Of a stretch of DNA of 64,000 nt, positions 39,626 through 53,593 are shown piece by piece. Origin of the DNA: Octopus bimaculoides (lineage: Eukaryota); assembly GCF_001194135.2 (NCBI RefSeq), contig NC_068982.1, forward strand, positions 75,435,957 to 75,499,956, in the 5' to 3' direction. The translations under genes and the position numbers were made by a program. The notes below the pieces were generated by a model that was given only the letters and a program-made list of their open reading frames with translations, had not been told where the DNA came from and searched no databases. Numbering within the stretch: the first letter of the stretch is position 1; the number at the start of each line of letters is the position of its first letter.

Positions 39626-41013
39626 TGTGTGTGAGTATACCATTGGCTTAAAATCATGTGATCGTTGTAAACAAGCAGTACAGTCATGGAAATTATGTTT
39701 ATTTCAGTCTTCTGTTAGAAACATGTCTGGCTTTGGAAAAATATTACCTCACTTGCAAATAGGTGAGATTTGGTTGGACATGTTTCCATGGAAGACTTGG
39801 CAACAGGAAGGGCATCAAACCATTGAAAATCTGCCTGAAATAAATTCTGTCCAACCCATACTAGCACAGAAAAGTGAATGTTAAAAAAACAATGATGATG
39901 ATGATGAAATTGTAAAGAAAGCATGGCTTCCACATTAAGCAGGGCAAGTAGTTATATGCCAATGTATTTTATTTTTAAACAAAACTTATTTGCTTAGGTA
40001 AGATACACAACCATGACTGCTTCCATTACTGTTGTGTTACATCATTGACAAAGGCATATTTCTTTATTTGTCCCAGACTACATAATTGAAACATAAGCAC
40101 TTCTCATTTCATGAATGGTTAACAATAGGAAGTATCTATTTACTTTACTAACTTCATATCAAATAGGTTCTTCTTCATTAATACTGACCATATATGAATC
40201 TAACAGACACACAATCATCATCATCACCATTTAATGCAGACGGTAGGCAACCTTTTCAAGAAGTGAGTCGCATGAGACATGACTAATAAAAAATTTAAGG
40301 CAATCTTTTGTTAGGCATGCCATTCAAGAAGTCTCACAAGTCACAAGTTGCCCATGACTAGTTTGGGTCCATGTGAAAAGCACCCAGTCCACTCTGTAGA
40401 GTAGTTGGTATTAGGAAGGGCATCCTGACATAAAAGCAATGCTCAAACAGACCTCTCTAGTACTGATGCCATGTGAGAAGCACTCAGTCCAATTTGTAAA
40501 GCAATTGGCTTTAGGGAGGGCATCCAGCCGTAAAAACTATACCAAAACAGACAGTGGAACTAGGTGCTGTCCACTGACTTGCCAGTTCCTGTTGTTTGGT
40601 GGTGGTGGTGATGATGATGATGATGATGCATGCAAGGTCAGATGGAATTTGTTGAGTCAGATTTTCTACAGAAGGATGAGCTTCCTGTCTCCAACCCTAC
40701 CTACTCCCAAGTATGGTAATATCTCCTATTGGTTGGATATATTTTCATGGAAGACTGGAAACAAATGACAGTGCTTGCCTGACGGTGACACTTGGTTATG
40801 ACTATCATGCAAGGACATACAAACACACATGCACAAACACATACAAAGGGCTTCTTTCAGTTTCTGTCTTCCACATTCATTCATAAAGTCTTGGTTGGCC
40901 TGGGGCTAAAGAAGACACTTACCCAAGCTTCCGTACAGTGAGACTGAACCCAAAATCATGTAGTTGGAAAGTGAACTTCCTAACTACACAGCCAAGTCAT
41001 GATGTATATGCGT

Positions 41014-41049
<36 letters not shown>

Positions 41050-42867
41050 TTTGTGTGTACAGTTAAAAGTACAACTAATGCTATATGAGTTAGAACTCCA
41101 GTCAATTTCCAGTATAGTGGTTAGTCTACCATTGTACTTAACAGTATTACTAGTTAAGGTATACAGAGGATATGTAATGGAAAATTAAGATAAACAAGTA
41201 TAAATTATTACTTTCTACATACATTGATATATATATCACTGTGTGTGTGTGTATATATTGTGAGCTGAGCAATGAGGACTATGTGATTGCCCAATCAGAG
41301 CTGACTTGGATGAGAGTAGGCAACACCACCATCTCACCTAAAGGACCCACTATATCTGTGTTTCTTAACCTTTTTTTTTGGTAGTGCTCCCTCTTTTAAG
41401 TAGTAATGCTTAGTGCCCACCTAAGTGGCAAGTGAGGTATCATGACTAAACTAATTTAACGTGGATGACAATTTATAAATTTTATTCTAAAACTGGATAG
41501 TATAAGCTTTTAACAGTGAAATGATAAAAAATTAATAGACAAAAGTTGTAAATTTTCTTCGTACATTGCAAATTAATGATTTCCCTGTGTCTGATGATAT
41601 CTCATTTTATCTTATAATTACTACTCTAGGTAAAATTTAGTATGTTAATTATGTTATTCACTGCTTCCTAAAGCCTAACACCCCCTTCGACATGCTTAGT
41701 GCCTCCTTGGGGGTGGTACTGGCCACACTGAGAACCTCTGCCCTAAATGGTTATTTAAACAGCTTTAAATAGCAGCCAAATCTTCCTCACATCCTACATT
41801 CTTATCAAATGAAGTGCACATTGTAGAATATAGTCTTAGATACAAGATGTATGAAAAAAAAGATAGGATGGTCACACCTCAAGTGTCTTTTCACTAGAGG
41901 TTTGCTCATTCCAAGCTGAGATGGAACTAAACAACAACAATAGCTGTTATTTGGACCATCTGGTACTAACCAGCAATGGTAAAAAGAGGACAAAACATTT
42001 GCAGTATTAATCACTTTGTTTTGTCTAAAATAGATGGTATGGAGCACAATGCATGAGGAAATTGAATGATTACTGAGGATTTTATTGACGTGTTAGGGTT
42101 GGGAGCAAATCTGGGGATGGGTGAAATCTATGTAACAAGATGAAAGACAATCACACAGAGTTGCATGTATAAAATTGAGCGAAGTTAGAATTGTTCTGAT
42201 TTGGAAGATAAGCTATGCAACACCAACAACAAGCACTACTTCAGAAGAGAACCTTTACATGGTCATTCAATTTGCTAGAAAGAGCAACCAATTTGCTCAA
42301 AGTTTAGTACAGACATCTTAGTAGTATTCTCATTAAAAGAACCAAAACAGAAACTTATTTCTTCAGCTTTTATTCTTCTTTCTCCTGCCTATTTCGACTA
42401 CTCCCTCACCTCACACTCTCTCTTTCTGTTCCTCACACACAATCTCTTTCTTTCACCATCCCTCACACACACACACACACACACTCTCTCTCTCTCTCTC
42501 TCTCCACATATATGATATGGTATCCCATTTGGAAACAAGTGGGAGTGGCATCAGACATAAAAAAAAAAATTTTATGGGACAGACATAAAAGAAAATCTGT
42601 CCCAACATACTCGTTTGACCCATCAAGCATGGAAAAGTAGACATCAAAACAATGATGATAATTTCTATTTGGGTAAAGAATGGAATTTATTTCCAGCAGA
42701 GATAAATCAAGTAAGGCACCAAAACATACCTTGTTTAGGAATAAAAATCACAATGGTCCTGAATTATTACTACATTTATTTCTTAGAAATCATGTTCCAA
42801 ATTTTCCCAACTGCTTTACGTGATGCAAATCCCAGTTTGAAATCCCTTATCCAAAGCTGGGTCTACT

Positions 42868-43266
42868 TAGGTGCAGGTATGGCTCCATGGTTAAGAAGCA
42901 CACTTTGTGACCATATGGTTACAGGTTCATTCCCACTGCACACTACCTTGAGCAAGTGTCTTCTACTATAGCCCGAGGCCAACCAATGCCTTGTGAGTGA
43001 ATTTAGAAGGTGGAAATTGTGCGGAAGCCTCTCATATACAGGTGTGTGCATGTATGAACATCACTTTGTCTCTTTGTTATCATCCACTGCTTGACAACTG
43101 GTATTGGTTTGTTTGCATCCCAATAACTTGGTGGTTTAGCAAAGGAAACTGATAACATGCGTACCAGACTTTAAAAAATAAGTACTGGGAGTAATTTGTT
43201 TAACTAAACACATCATGGCTGTGGCCCAGCATGGTCACAGTCCATTGACTAAAACAAATAAAAGAA
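42868..43266 (+). mobile_element. SINE family A, full length, diverged
   Basis: aggtgcaggtatggctccatggttaagaagc head through to tail ...cagcatggtcacagtccattgactaaaacaaataaaag. Confidence 0.8.
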
Positions 43267-43518
43267 GATGTAGCACCTCTGCCAACAAAGCTAATTGCTT
43301 TGTTATCTACTTTGTTTCCACTTCTACACATACACACATATAATAAAATTCTTCTGGGGCTCACCTTCTTGTGGTCATCATTGTTAAACATGAGAGCATC
43401 TCAGCTCCCTTTAACCCAATCAGTCCTGAGTGTTCTTTCTAACATTTTCAAGTAGTGTGTTCTCCTGTCCTCACCAAATACATCACCTGTTCTCTCTTAG
43501 TGAATATTTATTCTAACT

Positions 43519-43815
43519 TAGTGGTTCCCAAAGTGGGTGGTATGCCTCCCCACCACTCGAGGGGGGGGGCGTTGAAAGATCTAGGGAGTGCTGAAGAAAA
43601 GTGGGGGCGATAATAGGGTGGCCAAAAGTGGGTAAAGGATGTAAAAACAACAATATAATGGGTTAGTTACATTATGTTTTATTTGTGAAAATATTGTTTT
43701 GAATTTGCCGCAGAAAGTGGTTTATGTTTGTGGTGGTGAGTGTGTGTGGGAAGGCTAGGAATATGTCCCAGGTGCCAAGAGGGCAGCAGCCCTTAAAAGT
43801 TTATGAATATTTACT
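43519..43815. mobile_element. Decayed hAT-like MITE
   Basis: Left end tagtggttcccaaa; tctaactta on both flanks; right end degenerate. Confidence 0.45.
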
Positions 43816-44124
43816 CTAACTTATGAAGACCTATAACAACATGCCCCATACACAAAAGCAATCACTTTGATTGTTACAACACCTAAACCTATCACTCCAA
43901 CTCAAAAATATTTTAAACAGTTATAACTGACCACCTCATGGATTCCTTTCCTAACTCAGTAATCAGCAGAATAGATTTCAGAATGGGGTGACTGGGCAAA
44001 ACTGTTTGAACATAAGCATTTGGTACAACTGGCTGGATATTCAGTCTGTTTTGGCGACAGTCCTTCTTGGTGCTACACACACATACATACACAATGTATG
44101 TGTGTGTGCATGCACAGAAATATA

Positions 44125-44292
44125 CATCATCATCATCATCATCATCATCATCGTTTAACGTCCGCTTTCCATGCTAGCATGGGTTGGACGATTTGACTGA
44201 GGACTGGTGAAACCGGATGACAACACCAGGCTCCAATCTGATTTGGTAGAGTTTCTACAGCTGGATGCCCTTCCTAACGCCAATCACTCAGA
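44125..44292 (-). mobile_element. Family C, 5'-truncated young copy
   Basis: Near-identical to 31511-31660. Confidence 0.8.
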
Positions 44293-44371
44293 TAAAAAGT
44301 GCGCAAGAGAGAGAGGGTGTGAAGAGACTGTAATATATCAAATAAACACTGTAATATATTAATTAAGTAAA

Positions 44372-44598
44372 GGGCAGCAAGCTGGCAGAATTAATAGCAT
44401 GCCAGGTGAAATGCTTAGCAGTATTTCGTCTGCTGTTACATTCTAAGTTCAAATTCCGTTGAGGTCGATTTTGCCTTTCATCCTTTCGGGGTTGATTAAA
44501 TAAGTACCAGGTACGCACTGGGGTCGTTATAATCGATTTCCTTTGTCTGTCCTTGTTTGTCCCCTCTATGTTTAGCCCCTGTGGGCAATAAAGAAATA
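44372..44598 (+). mobile_element. SINE family B; further minus-strand copies at about 5770-5900, 20735-20905 and 46020-46237
   Basis: Same box A/B head and body as 10630-10860. Confidence 0.85.
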
Positions 44599-46889
44599 CA
44601 TATTTTAATTAAACATGAGTGGCACAAAGCTTTCCCAAAATGTTAACAGGCCTAACTTACATAAATATGCCACTGTTATTATTGAAATTTGACAACACCT
44701 GATAATATATCTTGACATGACAACCTACTCTTCTTCAGCATCAGGTGGGTGGGGAAGTAGACTGGATTGGGGCCCAGAGAGTTAAAGAAGGGTTCATAAA
44801 TATTTGAAGATCTGAGGGGCTCCACACTTAAAAAAAAAGAAAGAATTTTGAAAAGCCCCCCTCCTACTTCCGGTAAGTGCCTCTAAAAGCAGTTTTGTTT
44901 TACCTTACAAAATTACTCTTGGAGGTCCTGTTTAGGATAATGTAAAGGCAGTCAGTCTGCGGATGAAGAAAACAAGCCCATGATGCATATCCTGCATTCA
45001 GTACACATTATTGCAACAATTGTAGCATTGCACTTGGTGCACCATCATCTCCCCTTCATTGCAGAATCTGGAGGATGAAATTCAGTAAAGATGACAAGTA
45101 GAAGAGACAGTAGGGCAGTGGCGGTGGTACATAGCTTGCTTATTCAGAATAGAAGCTGCAATAATTATGAATAAGAGGCATATAGATAACAGTGTGTCTG
45201 TTGACTTGTTACTGGTTTTAATTCATTGATGAATAGTGATTTAGCAATCAAAAGATGACTTTTCTTGATGCTGCAGTTCTGAGTGTCTAAGGTGTAACAT
45301 TGGCACCACTGCAAGTATGTGCAAACTCATACAGAACCCTTCCAACTCAGGCATTCCCATGTTCAGTGTTCTATCAACTCACTCATCTTTGTGTGATTCC
45401 CTATTAACTCAACCATCCTCGCTCACTTTATTTATACTGTAACCCAAACATTTACTTAATCTGTAAGTATGAAAAATTAACAGATGAGTTTGATGAACCA
45501 CTAGGAAAACTCTCTATTGAATTTTCTATACATTCACAAATAGGAAAGAAGGAACGGATGAGATGTAGACTCAGTAAACCATAGAAGTAAAGAAGAACCA
45601 GTTATTCTGCTAAGAGAAACTGGTAATTCTGAATAAAAATTAATACCAGGTAGAAGACACACTTTAGTCTCGTTGCAGACAACTTTTCTAATGGGGGTGA
45701 CATGATGAAATACATCCAGCCTAATTTGTGAAATTGTTGGCCATAGGATGGGCAACCAACCAAAAAACCATCCACACCAAACATATGAGACACAATAACA
45801 AATATTTGTAGTTCCTCCATTGTATGTGATAGCTGATAGACTGCAACAAGTGGTGAGGTGCTTTAAGATTGGTCCAACTCATGTCAGGGAAAATAAATGT
45901 TAAAATGAAATGATGAAGTTAACATCTGGACACCACAAGAAACAAATTAACAATAACCTTAAATTGATCTATGCTAGTCTCTTTAGAGAGAGGAACACAT
46001 CATAACATTAAGAATATTCATTTCAAATTTTGGCACAAGGTCAGCTTTTTGAGGAGGCGTGGGGCAAGTCGATTACATCGACCCCAGTTCTCAACTGGCT
46101 TTTTATTTTATCGACCCCAGAAGGATAAAAGGTAAAGTCGACTTCAGTGGAATTTGATCTCTCAACATGAAGACAAGACAAAATGCCGTGATGCATTGTG
46201 CCCGATGTGCTAACATTTTTGCCAGCTCACCACCTTACAATATTAAGAATATTAATTGAATATGTCCCTCCTCATGGAGGTTTGGCGGTCTCAGACACAA
46301 CCACAACACCTTACTACACACTGCAGTCTCATGCTGCAGCCATAAGTCCTCCCCATCCAGTCCTTGCTGCCAACATTCCATCTCTTTGTCACTTGCAAGC
46401 CTGTTTTTCTGTCCACCTAGCCCCAAAAGATGTGAACAGGGAGGTGGTGATAATGCAACCAGAATATTATAGTTTTCACTGACTGACCATTAGTACCAAC
46501 TTTTTTTTCTGGTGACATCTCTTCCAGAATTGAATCATTCATTCTATAGCCACCCAACTTCAGTAGAATTCTCAGCAAAATCTTGTAGGTGTGGCTGATG
46601 AAAGCTATGGTACAGTGCTCTGCTCCAGTTCTCTATATTTTGAGTGTTCAGACAGGAATGGTGAACTTTTCTGTATCTGGTTGATGATATGGTATCATGT
46701 AACAAAATGCAGGAAGGAAGGTAATAGGAGGAACCCATCTTTGTATTCCTGCCACATAATTTGCAGGACATAAACACAGTTATTGTTAAGGAAGTCACTA
46801 AGGGTTGTTTGTTGACCTGATGGCATGGAAAGAAGGACATTCAAGGTAGTGTAAGAAATTCAGAAATGTTGGACATGAATATCTTCTTT

Positions 46890-47242
46890 TATCTTTCACT
46901 TGTTGGACTGTGACCAAGCTGGGGCACTGCCTTGAAGGGTTTAGTCAAAGAAACTGATCCTAGTACTTATTTTTTTAAGTGTGGTATTTATTTTATTGGT
47001 TCCTTTGCAGATGTAAACAAACCAACACCAGTTGACAAGTGATGGAAAGTCAAATACAAACACACATACTTATATACATATACAATGGGTTCCACGCAGT
47101 TTCCATCTACCAAATTCACTCACAGTACATTGCTTGGCCAGAGCCGATAGTAGAAAACAGTTGCCTAAGGTGTCAGGTAGTGGGAGTGAACCCAAATCCA
47201 CATGGTGACAAAGTAAGCTTCTTAACCACAGCCATGGCTGCA
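46890..47242 (-). mobile_element. SINE family A, full length, diverged
   Basis: Tail (ctggggcactgccttgaag) and head (cttaaccacagccatg) modules in minus orientation. Confidence 0.75.
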
Positions 47243-47948
47243 TCTGTCTAGAAGATTAAGAAATGTTGGATGTATTACAGAGAATGAATTAAAAACAAAG
47301 AAAAAATATTTCTCATAGATTTGGGATAAACGGTTGTATCATGTGTGTATGTGTGAGAGAGAGAGAAAGAGAGAGACAGAGAGAGAGAAAAAGAGAGTGT
47401 GTTAGGTGTAGTGTGGCTGGATAGTTAAGAAGTTTGCTTAGCAACCACAAGGTCTTGAGTTCAATCCTTACTGCATGGTATTTTCTAAAGCCTTGAGCCA
47501 ACTCATATCTTGCATGTGAAAATGGGTAGATGGGAACTATAGAAACCTGTTGGTTGGATTGTATCAATGATTCTAAAAGGTACAGCCTTGTCTAACACGC
47601 TGTGTCACACTGATTCTGCTTGAGAATTACGTTAAGAATACATGTCTGTAGAATACTCAGCCACTTATTTTATCAAATCAGGAGCAGGTAATTCAGTTGA
47701 TTGAACAACTGAGTCTTCATTGTCAAATGATGGAAGCTTGCAACCAACATGAATGTGTATATATGGCTGTGTGTGTGTGTGAGCTTGACAAAAGCACAAA
47801 AAAAGAGCTCAGTATATGAAGGTTGAGAAGAATAATATATTTTGTTCAAGAATGGAAATGCAGAAGTCCCAACACTGAGCCCATTGCAGTGTTTGCCTCA
47901 TTGAAACAGTGTCCTAACCCTCTGTCCTAACATAATCAGATGCTTTAA

Positions 47949-48158
47949 CCCTTTAGCATTCAAACCGGCCATATCCAGCTCAAATACTCTAAATGTTTTA
48001 TGTACAAACTGGCCAGATTAGACCTCTCACACCTGCCCAACAATGTCATTCTAACAGTAAGTTATCACAGCGTTGAAATCTCATAGCTATGAGATAATGC
48101 ATGATTAATTCAAAACAATATGAATTATATTTGACAGAATAATCTGAATCCTAAAGGG
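47949..48158. mobile_element. piggyBac-like MITE; a terminal fragment of the same family at about 39078-39126
   Basis: TTAA|ccctttagcattca ... tgaatcctaaaggg|ataa. Confidence 0.65.
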
Positions 48159-49078
48159 ATAATTATTTCTAATTAGATTAACTCATCAAGTTCTTAATTA
48201 TGTTTATTTCAAAAACAGATGTAACATCCATAGCTTTCCCAGCATTGACCAAGCTGGACCTTAGGTTAATGAAGTTCCAACCGTGACCATTCTATCTTCT
48301 CAAACACAAATGCATTCAGGACCATATAATAATTTTTAAAAAAATGTCCTTCCTTTTTTTAAATGGTAGGTTTGTTTTGAAGAAGATTTAGCAGCTCTTT
48401 CTAGTTGGTCAAGTAATACCAGGTGAAGTGGAAAAATAAAGATTCCATTCATGGAACTGGAACCATGTAGCAGACACGGATCCACAGCAGTCACCTTCGT
48501 CTGTATCCTTCACTGTGTTTATGGTGTATGTCATATTATTCCATGGAATGGAATAATCCTGAAGCAGCATGTACTACGTACCAGTGCGTTAAATATGACA
48601 TCAACAATGTTAATAACACTGATGTTGTGGTTGTCAGCATCGTTATTGATTAGTAATCAATCGATACTAATCATCATTACTATAATTACGAGTATTAGTT
48701 TCAAATAGCTTTATGCAATAATGCCATTCTATACATCCTGAAGGACACGAAGACGAAACAGGAAAAAAAATCCGGTATTATGAACTAATAAGAATATATC
48801 CACGCACATATACATACATGTGTGTATATATACATACACACAAACATATATGTGTATATATACACTCACATATATATATACATAGTGTATAACTAACAAA
48901 TAGCCATCTACACACACCCCCAGACGCAAAGTCTACGGAAGGTAGGTGGCATCCAAGTACGTACAGTGTCCACACACATACATTACATATTACACGGATA
49001 ACATGCTATATATACACAAACACACATACACGCACTAGCAAATGCAGAACGCATGTAGTATACACACACGGTGTACAT

Positions 49079-49332
49079 CAGAGGTTTTCAACTGGGGTCC
49101 ACACGACCCTTTTGGGGTCCACATGAGATTTTGTTGGTAAAATTTCATGTACGTTATATTGGTTTTACTTCTACAAAACACAAAATATTTCAACATTTTT
49201 TTTTCTTATACGACATTTAATTATAAGAATATAATAGAATTTTTTTCAAACATCGAATGGCTATAGAAGTCCAATAGAGTAATCTGGGAATCAAAGGGGT
49301 CCATGGGCAAAACAAATAGCTGAAAACCACTC
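49079..49332. mobile_element. hAT-type MITE with 8-bp TSD
   Basis: Ends cagaggttttcaac / gctgaaaaccactc; flanks gtgtacat (49071-49078) and gtgtatat (49333-49340), a 7/8 match. Confidence 0.75.
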
Positions 49333-49619
49333 GTGTATATAATGTGAATGGGGAGAAATGTTCAGGGTTTGTCATTTACACACATGGATTCTCTTATTTG
49401 TGCAGATATAATATTATTAAACGAAATTTTCTTTATTATAGTATGGATGAAGTAAATAGCCGTTCCTCCACTGTCCGCCATTTCCAAACACCACTACTAT
49501 CATCATTATCACTGCAACTGCCACCACTACCATCACCACCGTCTAAGACATCCGGGAAGAACACGGACAATTGCAACAGTAATACAGCTTCCCAAACCTG
49601 ACAGCAGCGGCCAGACGAG

Positions 49620-49657
<38 letters not shown>

Positions 49658-49720
49658 TAACAATAGTAGTAGTAGTTCTGATATAACGGCATTTCATTTA
49701 CCTAAACAGCTGTGTATATA

Positions 49721-49760
<40 letters not shown>

Positions 49761-50058
49761 AAAACACAACTCCGTTACAATTGCTTGTATGCAATAGGAT
49801 ATACAGCGCGCGCGCTTGTGTGCGCACACACACACACATATATATATGCATGCATACATACATACATACATACATACAGATAACTGTTGAAAATTGCAAA
49901 CATGAATTTATTGCAGGCAATAAAATAATAAGTAATGAAAATAGTCATATGTACACACACCCTGTAAAACATATAGCTTCATAAGTATATGCGTGCGTGT
50001 GAATGTTTGTGTGAAGGAATATTACCGGATATATATACATATATGTATACACACACAC

Positions 50059-50105
<47 letters not shown>

Positions 50106-51213
50106 ACCTGCGTATATACGCGTGTACGCACATTTCTCTGTGCAAGACATATATATACCTATATATATAAATATATGCATGTGGTTAGGTGGGTGTGTAC
50201 ATGCGAAATCGTATATACATTCTTAGAATGATCATTTCTCCTAAACAGGGATCAATCATAAATTTAAATGACCAGACAAAATACAATATGTATATACACA
50301 CATATAGATGTTTGTATGTGTGCGTGTGTATAAATATACATACATATGTAAGTGTATTCATATATGCATATTGATACAAGACTCACCAATCCGTACTTAT
50401 AGAGAAAGAGGTCAACTATGAATACATACACGTCTCCCTATATGCATCCTATATATATATATATAATATATATACATGCATACGTATACGCTATATTGGT
50501 TTCTACAGACATATAGTCACACAAACACACAAAACGAGCGAATGTGAATGTTTATTCACATATAAACGATGTTACAATATATACACACTTCAGCCTGTTA
50601 CCTCATATATTACAAGCAATATCCACTCCTATACGTAAATGCCTATATATAGCCAGTAAACTGTGTATATAATGCCTATATGTATATAAGCTATCTACGA
50701 TTATATATACATTTATAAAGACCAAGTTTCATTTGTATAATATATATACAGAAATATATATTTAGTCAATTGCAGATGTAAAAAAATAATAACAATATAC
50801 ATAAATAGTGCACTCTTTACACGCACACAGATCTATAGACATTTATATATACATGCACACTAAACAGACACGTTTTGTTCACCAATAATTTCAATACACA
50901 TACACACATCATTGCATATTATTACAAACAGTATGCACACAAACAAAAAGATTTATATATATACACACATATAAACAGACATATATAATACATACGCATA
51001 ATTACAGACACATATCTATATATATTTACATATACGCGTATAAGTATGTAGATATATACACACATAAACACCAGACAGGTGCACGAAAATCGAATTCTAG
51101 AGAAACGATAAGACAGACAAGCATTTATGGACGTCGGAGGAGAGAGAGATAGGTAGATAGAGAGAGAGAGAATGGTAAAACCAGAAAAACAATAAAAGAG
51201 AACTGCTACTCAC

Positions 51214-51331
51214 TGTCGATATCATTCAGTTTGGCTTTTTCATCTTCCAATTTAGCTTTGAGTACATCAGCCTCCCTTGTCAAGGCATCAATACTTTCAG
51301 AAGGGTTGGCACTCAGAGCATCCGTGGCCAT
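51214..51331 (-). CDS. GNB5: G protein subunit beta-5, first coding exon (118 nt; MATDALSANPSESIDALTREADVLKAKLEDEKAKLNDID + 1 nt)
   Basis: Manual minus-strand translation. ATG at 51331-51329; peptide aligns with the Gbeta5 N-terminal coiled coil (vertebrate short form [37 protein letters not shown]); ends at donor A|GTGAGT (51213-51208), phase 1, which joins in frame to the next exon. Confidence 0.93.
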
Positions 51332-51639
51332 GTTCCTTTCTTTGAGCGTGGCGGAGAAGAAATAAAATTAAATGAAATAATTGAGTGTGTGCCGCTTTTT
51401 ATCGGATGGAACGATGAATGGATAGAAGAATGGATGAATGGGAACTGACGGGAAGGAGAAAGCAGCGACAGGCTTTCTTCTTCTTTACTGCAGATATATA
51501 CATATACATATATAAATATATATGAGAGTATGTGTATATATAAATATGTATTTGTGTATGTATTATCAATATAAATGTACGTATGTATGTATATATATTT
51601 ATGGATGTATATATGTATAGCTATGTTATATTAGTATGT

Positions 51640-53120
51640 ATGTATATTGTGGGTGAGACTGATGAATATGAGAAAGAGGAAGCTTTTGATGAGAGGAGAG
51701 GCAGAGGGAATAGAGAAAAGCCAAGAGTGACTGAGTATAAGAGAGGGAAAAGGGATAGGAAGAGAGATAGAGAGATACAGACAGCGAGAAACAGAGACTG
51801 AGTGAGAGAGAAAGAATAAGAAAACAGGTAGCGGAAACAAAACGAGCTGGAAGAGAGAAAAGAACAGAGAGGGATAGATAGATAGAGAGCGAGAGAGAGA
51901 GGGGGCTGGAGTGAGAGAAAGAAACGACAGACAGAGAAATTTAAAAGAGAAAGGGAGTGAAGAAGAGGGAAAGGGATAAGCTAGAGGCAGAGTTAGAGGA
52001 AGGGGAGATAAAGAGCGCCAGAGAGATCGAGAGAGAGGGGAACTACAAAAGAGAGCCAATATTAGTGACAAACGGATAAAGAGACGGAGAGGGAGAGATC
52101 GAAAAGAAGAAATTAAAGAGGTGGGAGGAATGGAAAAATAGATTGAGTCTATAAAGGAGCTGAGAAAGGGGGAACGACAGAGAGAGAGAGAGAGAGAGAA
52201 TGTAAGAAGGTTGAGTCGGAAGGAAAAGAAAAATAGAAGGAAAATATGAGAGAAAGAGAAAGTAAGGAAAAGCAACAGGAACAAGATTATATATCTGGAT
52301 AGACAGACACACACACACACACATATCTATATACATACACGCGCACGCATTCATACACACATGTGTGTGTATGTGTATGTGTGCATGCATTGATAGATGA
52401 ATTTAAAATTTTAGCTGTGATCCACTAAAATCTAGTTTAATTCTTCTCCTTATTTGGGAATTGATTCAAGATCTTGAATAAAAAAAAAAAGAGAGAGATA
52501 AATAAAATGTAACAATATTGAAATTTTATATTTAATGTTTTCTCAGGTGTAAATTTTGCTACTATACAACAGACGTGCACATCATGCATGCATACAAATA
52601 CATACATGTATACATATACACATACATACATACATACATGCATGCATACATACATACAAACATACAAAGTTGCATACACATATATATTTATACATGCATG
52701 TATGCATACACACAAAGATACACATACATACACCAACGCATATATACTTACATGCATATATATATATATACAAAGATACATACACATACATACTTTTACG
52801 TACATGCATACATACATACAAAAATGCATACACATACATCAATGCATATATACTTACAGACATATATGCATCCACACAAAGATACACATACATACACCAA
52901 TGCATATATACTTACATACATGCATATATATATACAAAGATACATACACATACATACTTTTACATACATGCATACATACATACATACAAAAATACATGCA
53001 CATACATCAATGCATATATACTTACAGACATATATGCATACATAAATTACTCTCACACATACATATGCATGCATAGACACACAAAAACATATACACATGC
53101 ATGCACACACATATGCAGAC
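51640..53120. repeat. GA-rich low-complexity tract followed by CA/TA compound array with a 164-bp tandem duplication (52709-53042)
   Basis: cacacaaagatacacatacatacaccaa recurs at 52709 and 52873. Confidence 0.8.
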
Positions 53121-53533
53121 ACACATCTATGTTAAGTGGACCCTGAAAAACCAGGGGGTTGATATATGTAGTGGGTAGATCAGTGAATCGGAAACTATTA
53201 CTAAACGTCTCTCCTGTTGACTGTTATACATGTATGTGTGTGTGCGTGTGGCGGAGGTATGGCTGTGTGGACAAAATTTTGCTTCCCAACCACATGGTTC
53301 CGAGTTCAGTCCCACTGTGTGACACTTTGAGCAAGTGACTTCTACTATAGCCTTGGGCCAACTAAAGTGGATTTGGTTGACAGAAACTGAAAGAAGCTGT
53401 CATACATAATGAAGTGTTTACTGAAATATCTATCACAGAGCTTCAAAGAATCATAGAGGTGAAACGCACATAAGAACTTTAAAATAAACCTGTGTATATT
53501 ATTATTTTTCTTGTGTGAATGTATATACTTTGA

Positions 53534-53593
<60 letters not shown>

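Larger units (their letters stand above)
7859..51213 (-). other. GNB5: GNB5 intron between coding exons 1 and 2 (43,355 nt, phase 1)
   Basis: GT..AG boundaries defined by the in-frame exons on either side; filled with transposon fragments and microsatellites. Confidence 0.9.

Noticed and set aside
45190-45260. Minus-strand LLIAKSLFINELKP resembling a GIY-YIG C-terminal motif
   Set aside because: Single short motif with no upstream GIY/YIG or RT sequence recognisable; too weak to call.
46240-46840. Non-repetitive-looking block with 60-98-aa ORFs
   Set aside because: Stops in all frames and no motif I can name; probably an old transposon relic, left unassigned.
49344-49663. Overlapping 85-aa (+) and 75-aa (-) ORFs in CpG-rich unique sequence
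   Set aside because: Built partly from CAC/CAT and TTA repeats, no homology recognised, no convincing splice pair.
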